A stretch of 63,076 nt of DNA, filler included, from Octopus bimaculoides (GCF_001194135.2; 5 parts of 3 records of this genome joined end to end with filler, not necessarily neighbours in it), one strand, 5' to 3'. Counted from the first letter of the whole stretch, positions 24,311-38,375 are shown. Program-made: numbers and translations. Notes: generated by a model not told the origin, from the sequence alone.

Positions 24311-25066
24311 GATATCAACATTTAGGATAGATTTATTTATAAAACAAAACTGCCCTGTAGGTACTATCACATGAAGGCTTCTATAAAAACAGTGATACTG
24401 ACAGACTGTATATTAGGAGAAAAGAGTGGGGAAGTGTTTTAAGATGAGTAAGAGCCTTTGAATGTTGTATCATACTGGTAGAATCTCCTAAACAATGGTA
24501 GTAAAAATAAATGCATCGACCGAGAACTAGAAAATGAAGTAACTAACATCGCATTTTCTTAAGAAGTACGTATTCGTCCATGACTTCTCTTGTGACCCCA
24601 GACTTGCTGGACTAGTGTACCTTGACAAAGATCAGGAAGCGAAACACAGTGCATACTACAAAAAGGTTATGCATAGGTATGCTTTACGTAAACATAGGGC
24701 GATGATAGCATTAGCATAACGTGTGGCTTGTCTTGGAAGCGTAGCCGTTATAAGGTCATGTTTCGGAGCAATGATTTTGCAACCAAGACGAAGAAATAAC
24801 ACCAAAATATCTAATGAACAAATGAGACAGTGCTCTCCAAATTCTTAAATCTCAAAAAATACTGTGAAAATCGATAATTATGTCAGCTTTGTGAAAAATG
24901 CATATAAAATAGGACCTCTGATCCTATTTTTTTGTTGTTGATACATATAAACACATTTGTGTGTTTGTGTGTGAGTGTGTGTGTGTGTGTCTATGCGAAT
25001 GTGTTTGTATGTGTATATGTGTGTGCGAGTGCCTGCGCGCGCGTATTTATGAGTATTCGTGCGCAT

Positions 25067-25106
<40 letters not shown>

Positions 25107-25207
25107 GAGTGGAAAAAGTAAAACAAAAAACAAGAATGGAGACAATAGTGTAAGACTGGAGGGAAAAATGACAGATATATTGAGGCTTGCAATAATGCAG
25201 AAAGGAC

Positions 25208-25261
<54 letters not shown>

Positions 25262-25299
25262 GAGAGAGAGAAGATGAAATAATAAATAAACAGACAGAT

Positions 25300-25336
<37 letters not shown>

Positions 25337-26835
25337 AGAGAGAGAAGATGAAATAATAAATAAACAGACAGATAGAAGAGAGAGAGAGAGAGTGGAGGGA
25401 GGTTTGAGGCATATGGAAATCATAAAACATATGCAAGCATAAGGTACTTCGTGAAAAAGAGAAAATGCAAAGAAAGTATAGAATCAACACATGTCACCAC
25501 AGAGAGAGAATAGAAGAAATAAAAAACGAGGCAGAGATAATGGAAGATGTGAAGAGTGTGGGGAGAGTGGTGAAGTGGAAAGAGAGGGAAAAAAAACAAG
25601 AAAAGGAACAAGGAAAGTGTATGTGTGTGTGAGACAGAGGGAGAGGTAGAACGAGAAAAGGAGATAGATAGCAGACGATAACTTGTGTCGAACAAAAGAC
25701 ACACATACACACACAGACACACACAGACACACACAAACGCACACAGACACATGTACACATATATATAAGTATGTATGTATGTATGTATGTATGTATGTAT
25801 ATATGTATGTATGTATATATATACATATAAATATATATATACATATATGTATGTATGTATGTATGTATGTATCTATCTATCTATCCATATATATATATAC
25901 ACTCACATATTTACATAAACATATATATGCATGTGTGTGTGTATATGTATATATTTATGTATACACGAACAAAGATAAAAGACTGATAGATAAGTACGTT
26001 AGATAGATGGATGAATTTCTCGATAGATCACTGAACAGAGACATATATACTTATATACATGCGTATGTGTGTGTCTGTGTATGAATTTACGTATGTATGA
26101 TATATGTATGTATACATATATTTATATACATGCCGATATACATACAATATACATACATACAAACAATACTTAAGCGTCTGTGTATGTGTGTGTGTCTGTG
26201 TGTCTCTGTGTGTGTGTGTGTGTGTGTGTGTGAGTGTGTATTGAACAAACAAATGAAAGAACACGAATAAAAGAAAACAGCAACCCGATCTAACAAAAGA
26301 GGAAAGTGAAGTAAGAAGACTTGAGAAACTTGGGTTATTCTTAACAGCTCGGGAAATCTCTCAAGATGGCCGCTCGAGTGTACTGTGACGATGTTTGAAG
26401 GTCGAACACATATTAATTTTCCCTATAGCCTTGTAGCTATAATTAAACACCGGTGGAAAATTTCCCCAGGTGAACAAGCATAGAGTATTTTCTCTTAGTA
26501 TTTTCTTACGACTCATTTCACGCTTTCTTACATGCGTAACTCCCTCCTCGACCTTTTCACCGTTTCTTACGTTTGAATAAGAAGTTTCTCTTTCTCTGTA
26601 TTTGTTTTATTTGCAATTTCTTTTGTATTTGTTTTGCTTTGTTTCCTCACTGTTTATTGATGACAGCGTTAAGTTTTGCGTGTGTTATTCGCTCAGCATG
26701 TGTATATGTGCATATGTGTGTACGTAGATGGGAGTGCGTGTATGTGTTATGCGTTATCTATCTGTTTCTATATAATTATGTCTTTATATAAATGAGTACT
26801 CACATACATACATATATGCATACATATATATATAT

Positions 26836-26880
<45 letters not shown>

Positions 26881-27130
26881 NNNNNNNNNNNNNNNNNNNN
26901 NNNNNNNNNNNNNNNNNNNNNNNNNNNNNNNNNNNNTATATGAATATATATATATATGCATAGATAGATAGATACATACATACATACATACATACGTACA
27001 TACATACATACATACATACATACATACATACATGCATACACACACATACCTGGTTAGTGAAAAGATTTTCTGTATTTCAAGTTTTAATTAATAGCTCAAA
27101 CAAATTACAAGAAAAGCGTTTATTTATCAA

Positions 27131-27209
<79 letters not shown>

Positions 27210-27210
27210 A

Positions 27211-27257
<47 letters not shown>

Positions 27258-27396
27258 ATANNNNNNNNNNNNNNNNNNNNNNNNNNNNNNNNNNNNNNNN
27301 NNNNNNNNNNNNNNNNNNNNNNNNNNNNNNNNNNNNNNNNNNNNNNNNNNNNNNNNNNNNNNNNNNNNNNNNNNNNNNNNNNNNNNNNNNNNNNNA

Positions 27397-27720
27397 TATT
27401 TCATTACCATCGTTGTGCCAGAAGCTCAATTCTACGCTTATACCATTTGGCTGGTTTATAGGCCCCAAAAAACTCTACACCCATTTTCAACCTCATCCAG
27501 ATTGCTGAATCTCCGTCCGTGCAGGAAACGAGTCGTGGTCCCCCCCCCCAAAAGGTGGTAATCTGATAGTGCAAGGTCTAGACTATAGACAGAGTAAGGC
27601 AGCCCTTCTAGCCCCTCAAGTTCCTCATGTGTGCGCTTGGTCTGGGGAATTATCATGCCTTAGGAGTGCACGTCGTGTCTTCGCTTGACCAGTGTTAGGT
27701 AGCGGGCTTTGAAAGCATCA
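27397..27720 (-). mobile_element. mariner transposase C-terminal relic
   Basis: PYSVYSLDLALSDYHLL...FLHGRRFSNLDEVENGC, containing a YSPDLAPSDY-like motif. Confidence 0.8.
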
Positions 27721-28748
27721 TAAACGCAATGCAATTGTTAAGCATAAATTGGTTCGTGTTCACACATACACACGTACATACATACATACATACATACATA
27801 CATACATACATACATACATGCATGCATACATACAGGCATATATACATACAGATATACATATATGTAGATGCATACAAGCATACATACATGCATACATGCA
27901 TGCATTCATGCATGCATGAATACATCCATAATGCATGCATATATACATATATACGTACATATATGCATACAAGCGTACATACATGCATACTACAAACATA
28001 CATGTATATATATATACATACAAACATACATACATGCATACACACATATATACATACACACATATATACATGCATACATACATACAAGCATATATACTTA
28101 CATACATGCATACATACATACATGCATACATATATACATACAAACATATATGCACACATACATACAAGCATATATACATACATGCACACATACATACATG
28201 CTTATATACATACATGCATACATAAATACACGCATACAAACATATTTACACGCATGCATACATACATACATACATACATACATACATACATACATGCATG
28301 CATGCATATATACATACATGCATACATATATACATAAATGTATACATACATACAATCAAACAGATATACATACATACAAACATACATACATACATACATA
28401 ACCCTAGAAAAATACCTGTAGGTAGCAGAGCTACCTATCTATATATGCATACAGAACCGTCTTAAGTCATGGGCACACTGAGCAGTTGCCCAAGGGCCTC
28501 ATTGGTCGAGGGATGCAATTCTGATCTGCGTGGCTTGGTGTCAATAATGAATAGTATAGACTTAATGCCCCGATTTATTCGGGGACCTATAAAGCTGCTA
28601 ATACGGCCATATATATATAAAATATAATGCAAAAATCAAAACTGATAATGTATCCTAAAAACAAACCAGTATGTGGCCAAAATATTTTCTGATTTGTGAA
28701 AGAAACCGGACGCAAACCGTCACATAAGATATAACCTTATGATAACCA

Positions 28749-28949
28749 GGCGGCGAGCTGGCAGAATCGTTAGAACTCCGGGCGAAATGCTTAGCGGTAT
28801 TTCGTCTGCCGTTATGTTCTGAGTTCAAATTCCGCCGACGTCAACTTTGCCTTTCATCCTTTCGTGGTCGATAAAAAAGTACCAGTTACGCACTAGGATC
28901 CTTTTGTTTGTCCCCTCTATGTTTAGCCCCTGTGGGCAATAAAGAAATA
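28749..28949 (+). mobile_element. SINE-A, near full length, tail type 2
   Basis: GGCGGCGAGCTGGCAGAATCG...GAGTTCAAATTCC...GCCTTTCATCCTTTCG..TCGATAA...TTTAGCCCCTGTGGGCAATAAAGAAATA. Confidence 0.9.
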
Positions 28950-29129
28950 AATCAGAAACAGATGCCAACAGTGTTTCCACCAAGAAACAATCTAATATGG
29001 TAATAAGTTTTGCTGATACATTTCATGCTGGTTTTAAAACCAGAAAGAAACTTTAAAAAAAGCCTCGATAGATATGAGAAATTTATCCTTTTAATCAAAA
29101 TATTTAAAAAAATATTTTATAAAAGGTTA

Positions 29130-29312
29130 GTTTCAGATTTTTGCAGTTTCAGGGAGGATGTAAGCCGATTACATGGACGTCAGCGTCCAGCTTATTAAAA
29201 CCGAAATGATGGCAAAGTCGACCTCGGCGGAATTTGAACTCAGAACACAAAGACGGGCGAAATGCCTCTATGCATTTTACCCGGTGTGCTAACGATTCTG
29301 CCAGCTCGATGC
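29130..29312 (-). mobile_element. SINE-A, degenerate
   Basis: GGCAAAGTCGACCTCGGCGGAATTTGAACTCAGAAC...CTGCCAGCTCG. Confidence 0.8.
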
Positions 29313-30046
29313 ATTAAGTATTATTAATAAAATAACAAACTGGCGTCATAGGTCATGTGTTTCACATGCAAATCAGTTATATTTTTGAACCATGTCCATG
29401 CAAACATGCGCGCGCATAATAATTTAAAATGGGGTAAAAATTTAATTAAAACTTGATTGTTCAAGTTGTATTTCATTTCATTTCATTTCAAAGTTTCAGC
29501 TCAGAGCTGCGGCCATGCTGATGCACCACCGTGTATAGCTAAGAAATATGATAATTTCCGGTTTCTGCTATAATATAAAAGTTATGATAGAAGACACTTT
29601 CTCGAGGTGCCACGCATTGGAACTGAACCCGAAACCATGTGGCTGAAGAGTAAAGTTTTTACCACACGGCCACTCTTGCACGTAATTGCTGATAACATAA
29701 TCGTGATATTGGTGTGCACTCTCAAAACACAGACACACACAAGGATTTATCTTTTGCTGAGCCCTGCCTCCATACCATTAAACCTCTTTGGTATCATAAG
29801 ACTAGCAAGATTCTTATCCACCCAATTCCATTGGAAATCTTCCTCTTCCTCTTCTTTATCTCAAAAATCCTCCCATGGGAGACCGAAACTGTCACGTTAA
29901 TCAACGCTAAATGACTGCCAAGTACTCCCCTCTACCTTATCCCAACCTTCTCGTCTTCTCTGTCTTTCTGTCCGTCTTTCTTTCTTTCTTTCTTTCTGTC
30001 TGTCCGTCTTTCTTTCTTTATTTCTTTCTTTCTTTATTTATTTATT

Positions 30047-30078
<32 letters not shown>

Positions 30079-30199
30079 TCAATCCCCCACTTTCTGTTTT
30101 CCCCGGGTCCCTCATTCTGCCTCGTATATTCTTTTATCTCTCCTCAGTTTGCCAAAATGTGGTAAAACACTTCCCCCATTTTTAAAAGTCGTACTTTAC

Positions 30200-30233
<34 letters not shown>

Positions 30234-30275
30234 AGCTTTTACTACTACTACTACTACTACTACTACTACAGCTTT

Positions 30276-30311
<36 letters not shown>

Positions 30312-30317
30312 AGCTTT

Positions 30318-30353
<36 letters not shown>

Positions 30354-30937
30354 NNNNNNNNNNNNNNNNNNNNNNNNNNNNNNNNNNNNNNNNNNNNNNN
30401 NNNNNNNNNNNNNNNNNNNNNNNNNNNNNNNNNNNNNNNNNNNNNNNNNNNNNNNNNNNNNNNNNNNNNNNNNNNNNNNNNNNNNNNNNNNNNNNNNNNN
30501 NNNNNNNNNNNNNNNNNNNNNNNNNNNNNNNNNNNNNNNNNNNNNNNNNNNNNNNNNNNNNNNNNNNNNNNNNNNNNNNNNNNNNNNNNNNNNNNNNNNN
30601 NNNNNNNNNNNNNNNNNNNNNNNNNNNNNNNNNNNNNNNNNNNNNNNNNNNNNNNNNNNNNNNNNNNNNNNNNNNNNNNNNNNNNNNNNNNNNNNNNNNN
30701 NNNNNNNNNNNNNNNNNNNNNNNNNNNNNNNNNNNNNNNNNNNNNNNNNNNNNNNNNNNNNNNNNNNNNNNNNNNNNNNNNNNNNNNNNNNNNNNNNNNN
30801 NNNNNNNNNNNNNNNNNNNNNNNNNNNNNNNNNNNNNNNNNNNNNNNNNNNNNNNNNNNNNNNNNNNNNNNNNNNNNNNNNNNNNNNNNNNNNNNNNNNN
30901 NNNNNNNNNNNNNNNNNNNNNNNNNNNNNNNNNNNNN

Positions 30938-31007
<70 letters not shown>

Positions 31008-31008
31008 C
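30200..31008 (+). repeat. (CTA)n microsatellite interrupted periodically by CAGCTTTTA, spanning a gap
   Basis: Seen directly. Confidence 0.9.
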
Positions 31009-31670
31009 TGTCACTCATCTCTCTCTTTCCCCTTTCGCCTCTCTTTTCATTTGGAATCAAGAAGATACTCTTTCTTTCCTTCTTTATTTCTTTCTTTCTC
31101 ATCCCCCCTCTCTCTCCCCCCTCCCCCTCTCTCCCCTCTCTCCTTGTGCTCTCTTCATATCTACAAATACTCTCAATTTATCTATGTATAGCAGACTATA
31201 ATGTCTGAATTATTCTGACATTTTATCACAACTACTCATTCGTATACAATATGCTATTCGTCAGATCATTTTTCTGACGCGTTTCCTTATTTGACACAAA
31301 GTATTTTTGTCTCTTTTTTTCTTATTTGATGAGGTATCGTCTTCTTTATTGAATTTCCACCATTGTCTGCTGATAGTCGCCAATATACTATCGACCCGGT
31401 GTATTTATATTTACATTACAAATCAATTTATCTTACTAACAGAAACACCTGTACAGTACACGTTTGTAAATCACCGCTACTACACATGCATGCCCATACA
31501 TAAGCACGTGCGCACGCATACACACACAGACACAGACACACACACACACACACATACGCATACACACCTAATACTATTTTATTTGGAGAGCCTTCACTTT
31601 ACCCCTATTATATCGAGAAACACTCCAAACGTACACATTGATGTTTATATACATACAAAAACCTCTATAG

Positions 31671-31722
<52 letters not shown>

Positions 31723-31961
31723 TTATATATATATACATATATATATATATATGCCGTGGTAAATGTATCCATTTGTTCCTATGAAGCTTATACGTGTGTT
31801 CATTTATAAATTCATAAGTCTACTGGGTTTTCGCGCTTTTAGTTGTTGAATATATATCTATAAACGAAGTGTTGACACTTTACATCTGAAGCATCACTTC
31901 TGAATATGAACATCCGAGTCATTTCTTGCACCGAAAATACAGTCAAATTCGCATTTAAATA

Positions 31962-33050
31962 CAGTAGAACCTCGCAGTGGAGGCGCAATGGCCCAGTGGT
32001 TAGGACAGCGAACTCGCGGTCGGAGGATCGCGGTTTCGATTCCCAGACCGGGCATTGTGAGTGTTTATTGAGCGGAAACACCTAAGCTCCACGAGGCTCC
32101 GGCAGGGGGTGGTGGCAACCCCTGTTGTACTCTTTCGCCCCAACTTATTCTCACTCTTCCTGTTTCTTGAGTAATGCTGCGATGGACTGGCGTCTCGTCC
32201 AGCTGGAGTGGGGGGGAGGAGACACATATGCCATCGAAACCGGGAAACCGGGCCTATGAGCCTAGCTAGGCTTTGAAAGGGCGAAGAGAGAACCTCGCAG
32301 TACGAGTGCACCATTGTACGAGTAATTTGCTGTATGAGCCGAGGCTCGTGCAATTTTTTATCTTGAAGTACGAGCTAGTTTCATACATGCAACCGCTAGT
32401 CGGCGCTGAGCTCGTGCACGCTTTCCGGACAGGCGCGGTCTCCGCTCGCTCAGTTCACTTGTTTGTCTCGTTGTGGCAGCATGCCTGTTGTGTTTTTCCT
32501 AGTATTTTTGTTTGGTTTTGTGCATTTTTTGCTATTATTTTATAATAATTAGTTGTGTTAGCCGTGGGTCCTAAGAAGATTAGTGCAAAGGATAGTGCTG
32601 GGAAGAAGAAAAAGCTGATTGCGATAGAACTGAAGAAGGAAATCATTGATAAACACGAGAGAAGAGTGCGTATGGTGGACATAGCATGTCAATACGACCG
32701 AAGCACGTCGACGATCTGCACCATCCTGAAGAAAAAGGACGAGATGAAGGCCGTTGCAACAGCAAAGGGTGTCTCTAGGCTCTCTAAGCAACGCACATCT
32801 GTCCACAATTACGGAGACCTTCATCTGCGAGAAAGCACGGGCGTTGTATGGAGATCTCGTGAGGTTGAACCCTGGAACATCAACAGAAGAGATATCAGCA
32901 GACTTTCTGGAGAAAAATCTTCCTCTCAAGGCCCTTCTCATCCATTTAGTTCCCGGTACAGGATGAATTATCCTATCTACTTATCGTTAGTACTGTATTA
33001 TTTTTGGTATTATTCTCAATGGAAGTAATGCAATCGTTTTTAGCGTTTAT
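31962..33050 (+). mobile_element. Tigger/pogo-like transposon relic, interrupted by a SINE in its left TIR
   Basis: TA + CAGTAGAACCTCGCAGT TIR; psq-type HTH GPKKISAKDSAGKKKKLIAIELKKEIIDKHERRVRMVDIACQYDRSTSTICTILKKKD at 32564-32810. Confidence 0.85.
31979..32288 (+). mobile_element. SINE-D with a V-domain-like segment, full length
   Basis: A box TGGCCCAGTGG, B box GGTTTCGATTCCC, V-like CTGCGATGGACTGGCGTCTCGTCCAG; 13-bp TSD AGAACCTCGCAGT at 31966-31978 and 32289-32301. Confidence 0.9.
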
Positions 33051-33119
33051 TTGATTCAGTCATTGGCCTATTTTTATTGGAATACCACCTTGAATCGACT
33101 TATTTTAGTCTAATAAAAG

Positions 33120-33395
33120 TTTATTTTACCGAACCTTTAAGTCACAGGGGCGTTAACAAAGCCAGACTCGTTATCAAAAGGTGGTGGGGAACAAACGCAA
33201 ACAGAGGCGTACACACATAGACATGTGTGTGTGTGTGTGTGTATGGCGGGCTTCTACGTAGTTTCTGTGTACCAAGTTCACCCACAAAGCACTGAGCGGC
33301 CAAGAGCTATAGTAAAAGACACACGCCTAAGGTTCCGCACAGTGTGACTGAATCAGCTGTGTGGTTGCAAGGCGAACTTCTTAACCACACAGCAG
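33120..33395 (-). mobile_element. SINE-B, degenerate
   Basis: Similarity to 21545-21930. Confidence 0.7.
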
Positions 33396-33471
33396 GGTTC
33401 AAATCTATTTGTTAAGTCCTGGGATCCATTATTTATATGTGTGTATGTATACATATGCATACACACGCGCG

Positions 33472-33502
<31 letters not shown>

Positions 33503-34895
33503 TGTCCTATGTACAGTTATATTTAAGCTATTAGTGAATTTAAGTTCTTCATAGTTATACTTGAATTAAAGGTGCGGGGAAAAGCCCTGAATAAGTTATA
33601 TACAAATGGTATGGTGTGTAAATGTTTTTAGCATGAAGAATTCAGCTGTCTTCATTTATGAACGGTTGAGATATGTATTGCGTAGTGCACCAGTGTATGC
33701 GTGTAGGAGTGTGTGTGTATATTTCGTGTATGGCTGTATGTATGTTCTCGCGTATGTAGATGTATACAGATGAATCTGCAAACAGGTTCGTGTGCACCTA
33801 AACAAATTTACAAACGAACGAGTTCATGTATATCCACAGAAACCGCACACACACACTGATGCATGTACACAGACGCATATAGACACACAGAAACACACAC
33901 ACTTGCACACATAACTGTTCAGACACATACATGCACGCATTCGCCCGCACACGCACGCACACATACATCTGTATATCTCTGTAATTACGCATAGATATTC
34001 ACACAATGAACGTAACTCAATATATAGTTTTATCTCTGTATGACTACCTCATAAATCTCATATTCTAGACAACCCGCCTTAACACTTTCTGTTCTACTTA
34101 GAAGCCAGATCCTATTTATAATATCATGCTCTCAAAATATCTAAAAACCATATTATCCCAAAGCCACCTAAAACCATATTAGACGCAAGCACTATTTATT
34201 CTCACCCCAACGCATTTATGAAAGCAAGGATAAATTACTCTACTTTATTTCACGAACATTCAAGCTTTAACTCTCTGTGATCACTTCTCTTTTTTTTCCT
34301 ATTAAGTGTAATATTACTTAAGTAAAGTACCGACGTTTGCAACAGAAGAAGTGTAAAGTGCAAGTTAGTAAGAAGATGTAGGCAGAGATAAATGAAATGG
34401 TTGACATGTATGTAAAGCTGTATGAAGCGCAGTCAATAAATTGGTCGCTGGATTTAAACCATCGTCTCGTAAATTCGTAAAACTAAGCGGGAAGCGAAAA
34501 GAGTGAAATGGAAAGCAAAACGCAACATACATACATACGCACGCGCATACATACATACATACATACATACATACATACATACATACATACATACACACAC
34601 ACATGCATACATACGCACATGCATACATACATACACACATGCATACATACACACATGCATACACACATACATACATACATACATACACACATGCATACAT
34701 ACATACATACATACACACACATACATACATACATACATACATACACACATGCATACATACATACACACATGCATACATACGCACATGCATACATACATAC
34801 ATACATACACACACATACATAATACATACATTTACATATATGTATGTATACACTCACACAAATAATACATACAATGCATACACACACACACACAC

Positions 34896-34941
<46 letters not shown>

Positions 34942-35211
34942 ATGTGCATGTATACATACATATATACATATATATAAGAGAGATTCAGAAAAATTATACA
35001 CATACATATATATATATGCACAATATATACATACACACACACACACACACACACACACGCGCACACACATATATATATGCATATATATATATATATATAC
35101 ATTTATAGTACACATATACACTAACCTGCATACATGTGCACACAAATAGGCACATATTCATATACGTACACATGTACACATACACGTATATGTGTATGTA
35201 TAAGTATAGAC

Positions 35212-35263
<52 letters not shown>

Positions 35264-35839
35264 ATACATGTATGTATGTATGTACGTACGTAAGCACGAG
35301 CAATGAAAAGAACAAAATATAAAGTAAAATAAAAGTGTAGCTGAAATAAAATGCAATGCTGAATGAACCAATACAAATAATGGGCGTGGTGGTGCTCTGG
35401 TTGCAAGAAGATTTGTCTGGAAATACCGTCAGTTTCTTTTGAACGGATATCATCTGAAGATACCTTTTCAGTAATTTGATAATCTCCTAAGTCAGATCTC
35501 AAAATCTTTTAATTAATCCTGTTTTATGTTTCTTTCAGTTCCTATCTTGTCATTTCATAATACCGAAAGATTATCGTAGTAAATCTTTAATCTTTCTTTT
35601 TGTTTTCTATATAAGTTACTTTTTCCCCGTTACAGATATTTTCTCGTTTCGGTCGCTCTTTTCTGCCATTTTGTTCGGCATTTGAGGGCCTCGCATTTGG
35701 CAGAATGGGTAGAGCTTCGATCAAATTGACATGCGGTATTTAATCACGTCTCTTTATTTTCTGGGTTCAAATACCGCTGAGATTGATATTGCTCTCTATA
35801 ATATCGACTTCAATAAAATAAATACCATTGATGCAAGTG

Positions 35840-36027
35840 AGACTGTGGTAAGAAGATTGCCTCCCAACCACATGGTTCCAGATTCAGTCCTATTGCGTGG
35901 CACCTTCGGCAGGTATCTTCTATTATATTTTTGGCCCGACCAAGGCCTTGTACGTGGATCTGGTAGACGGAAACCGAAAGAATCCATTGAGTATATATAT
36001 ATATGTGTGTATGTGTGTGTATGTGTG
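35840..36027 (+). mobile_element. SINE-B 5' half
   Basis: CAACCACATGGTTCCAGATTCAGTCC...GTGGCACCTTCGGCAGG...GGTAGACGGAAAC. Confidence 0.75.
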
Positions 36028-36560
36028 CTTCACAGCCCGCCGTCACAGTCTCCTTCGTCCTCTCGGCAAAACGACTGCCTCCGAGGTTCTCTTTCAACTT
36101 CTAGAGCAACCAAAAGTCACAGGGAACAAGGTGTGGACTGTAGGGAAGGCGAAGGGCAGTTTTGATGCCCATCTCTGTCAAATAGTTGGTTACCAGGATG
36201 CTTGTCACTGAGCACCCTGGCAACAAACTTTGCACAAATTTCGCGCTTATTCAGATCTTCATGAATAATTCTGTGTACAATTGTCACACCAACTCTAAAT
36301 TGTATGCTTATTGTCTTCATAGGAACACAATGGTCTTTATTCACAAAATGTCTATTTTTGTCAACCAGCTCTGATGGTCTGATGTCCTTTTCCCTCCTAC
36401 GCTTCTCATCGTGTTTTGCCTCCTCTTTACCGTCCTTCAACCGCTTGTGCTAGCGAAAAAGTTTATCTATAAGCAGTTTGGAGCATTTCATAAGTTCCTG
36501 CAGCATTTTTGCCCAGTTTCACACAAAAATTTATTGATTTGTGAACTTCTAAACTATCTT
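36028..36560 (-). mobile_element. mariner transposase relic, internally deleted
   Basis: RIIHEDLNKREICAKFVARVLSD and LVPCDFWLL*KLKENLGGSRF. Confidence 0.75.
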
Positions 36561-36783
36561 ATTATATTCGGCAAATTAGTCAGCTATGAGAGCAGTGTTT
36601 CGTAAGCTGTGTTCAAAGTGGTGTTATAACCATTTCCTTTATCGGGAAGAACTAAAGTTGGCAGGTCAGCTTATTAGACATATAGTAATGATATACTAAA
36701 ACTGCAATAATCTAGGACAGTTATAACTTCCTCTACTAAAAGAAGTCTTGAAACTTCTGGAATACTTCCTTTATATATATATA

Positions 36784-37420
36784 TCAATACAGAGCAAATA
36801 ATTCACGAGAAAAAATAATTCACGAAAAAGTAATTTGCGAAGATATTGACTCTGTTATTATCTAGTGTAACAATTTTAAAATGATAATAGCAGAATCAAT
36901 AATATAGGCGATTGTAGGTCCCCGCCGCCCCATAAAGCATTAAATAGCTGAAAGATGAAAATTAATCAAATGACATACTAAGTATGTCAACCTGCTGGAA
37001 ATAACAGTCAAAACTCTTATTTAGATCGCCAAAATACACTGATAATAACTACAGAAATCAACCGTCCGAAGGCAAACAGGCCAAGACAATCTCTCAGCAT
37101 GTATTCAAGTATCTGGATTCACGTGGACCTGTTTCTAGACTGGCATAATAGCCTAACATTCCTCAGCATGCCTTGCCATGATAGATAAGAGTTTTGACTG
37201 TTATTTCCAGCAGGTAGACCTACTTAGTATGTCCTTTGATTAATTTTAATTCTTCAGCTATTTAATACTTTTTGCGGGGGGCCTGCAATCGCCTATATTA
37301 TCGACTCTGTTATTATCATTTTAAAATTGTTACACTAGATAATAACAGAGTCAATGATATCTTCGCAAATTAATTTTTCGTGATTTATTTTTTTCTTGTG
37401 AATTATTTGCTCCGTATTGA
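36784..37420. mobile_element. Foldback/MITE-like element with inverted arms of about 240 bp
   Basis: 36784-37020 is the reverse complement of about 37184-37420 (TCAATACAGAGCAAATAATTCAC / GTGAATTATTTGCTCCGTATTGA). Confidence 0.85.
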
Positions 37421-37506
37421 AATTATTTTCACACTGGTGGCTGCCATGATTTCGGCGCAAAACGAATCAGTTGCAGCGCAGACTTGAACGCGACGGGTTG
37501 GGGCTC

Positions 37507-37757
37507 TCTATCATGGTAACGTGTGCTGAGGAAGATGAGGCTATTATGCCAGTCCAGAATGTATATGCCAGTCCAGAATGTATATGCCAGTTCAGAATGT
37601 ATGCTCAGAAATTTTCTTGGCCCGTTTGCCTTCGGACGGTTGATTTCTGTAGCTATTATCAGTGTATTCTGGCGATCTAAATAAGAGTTTTGACTGTTAT
37701 ATTCAGCAGGTAGACATACTTAGTATGTCCTTTGATTAATTTTAATGCTTCAGCTAT
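37507..37757 (-). mobile_element. Second, partial, inverted copy of the same foldback element
   Basis: Reverse complement of about 36945-37190; ends in (TA)n. Confidence 0.8.
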
Positions 37758-38030
37758 ATATATATATATATATATCATGTGGAGGCGCATATATATATAT
37801 ATATATATATATAAGCAAAATAGCTATGAGTAAAATCTCACGAAGAGGCAAGAATAGTAACTATATTAAACAGTAAAGCCAGTCACTACATCAAAGTGGC
37901 TGTTGATTGTTACTACTAGTTTAACCCTAGGCAGATTCTCCACCAGCTGGCTATCGGTGGGACTCTGCACTCTTTATATACAATGCACTGTTAGCACTAG
38001 TGGATTCTGACTATCGCTCTGGCGTACAGG

Positions 38031-38082
38031 TGCTCTCGGCTGAGGATGAGCCAAATGGCTCGAAACTGAGTCAGTCTCGCGA
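38031..38082 (+). ncRNA. Hammerhead-like motif with an intact core but a degenerate stem I
   Basis: CTGAGGA at 38040-46, extra T, GAGCC-AAAT-GGCTC stem II, GAAAC-TGA-GTC; flanks pair poorly. Confidence 0.45.
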
Positions 38083-38164
38083 TCCTGATACCTGCTAGAA
38101 AATGGTAGGGGATCACTCCCCCTCGCTTTAAGGGTATTGCGAAAGGTCTGGTTGGAGGCCCAAC

Positions 38165-38322
38165 ATTCCGGGTTCTTTTACAGGGCTTAGAAAGACTGAA
38201 GGTCCATTGCAATGAGTGTGTGAATCTGAGAGGGGAATATACGTTGAATAAAATCATAATTTACTGATCCTTCTGTATTTTCTTTTATCCAAAGCCAGGA
38301 ACTTTTCAGCACCCTCCTCGTG
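38165..38322 (+). mobile_element. mariner 3' end with TIR
   Basis: ...ECVNLRGEY.VE* followed by GAACTTTTCAGCACCCTCCTCGT, which resembles the TIR at 50322. Confidence 0.65.
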
Positions 38323-38344
38323 TGTGTGTGTGTGTGAATGTGTG

Positions 38345-38375
<31 letters not shown>

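Noticed and set aside
25230-25395. Tandem duplication of a GA-rich block of about 75 bp
   Set aside because: Ordinary slippage within (GA)n; no further structure
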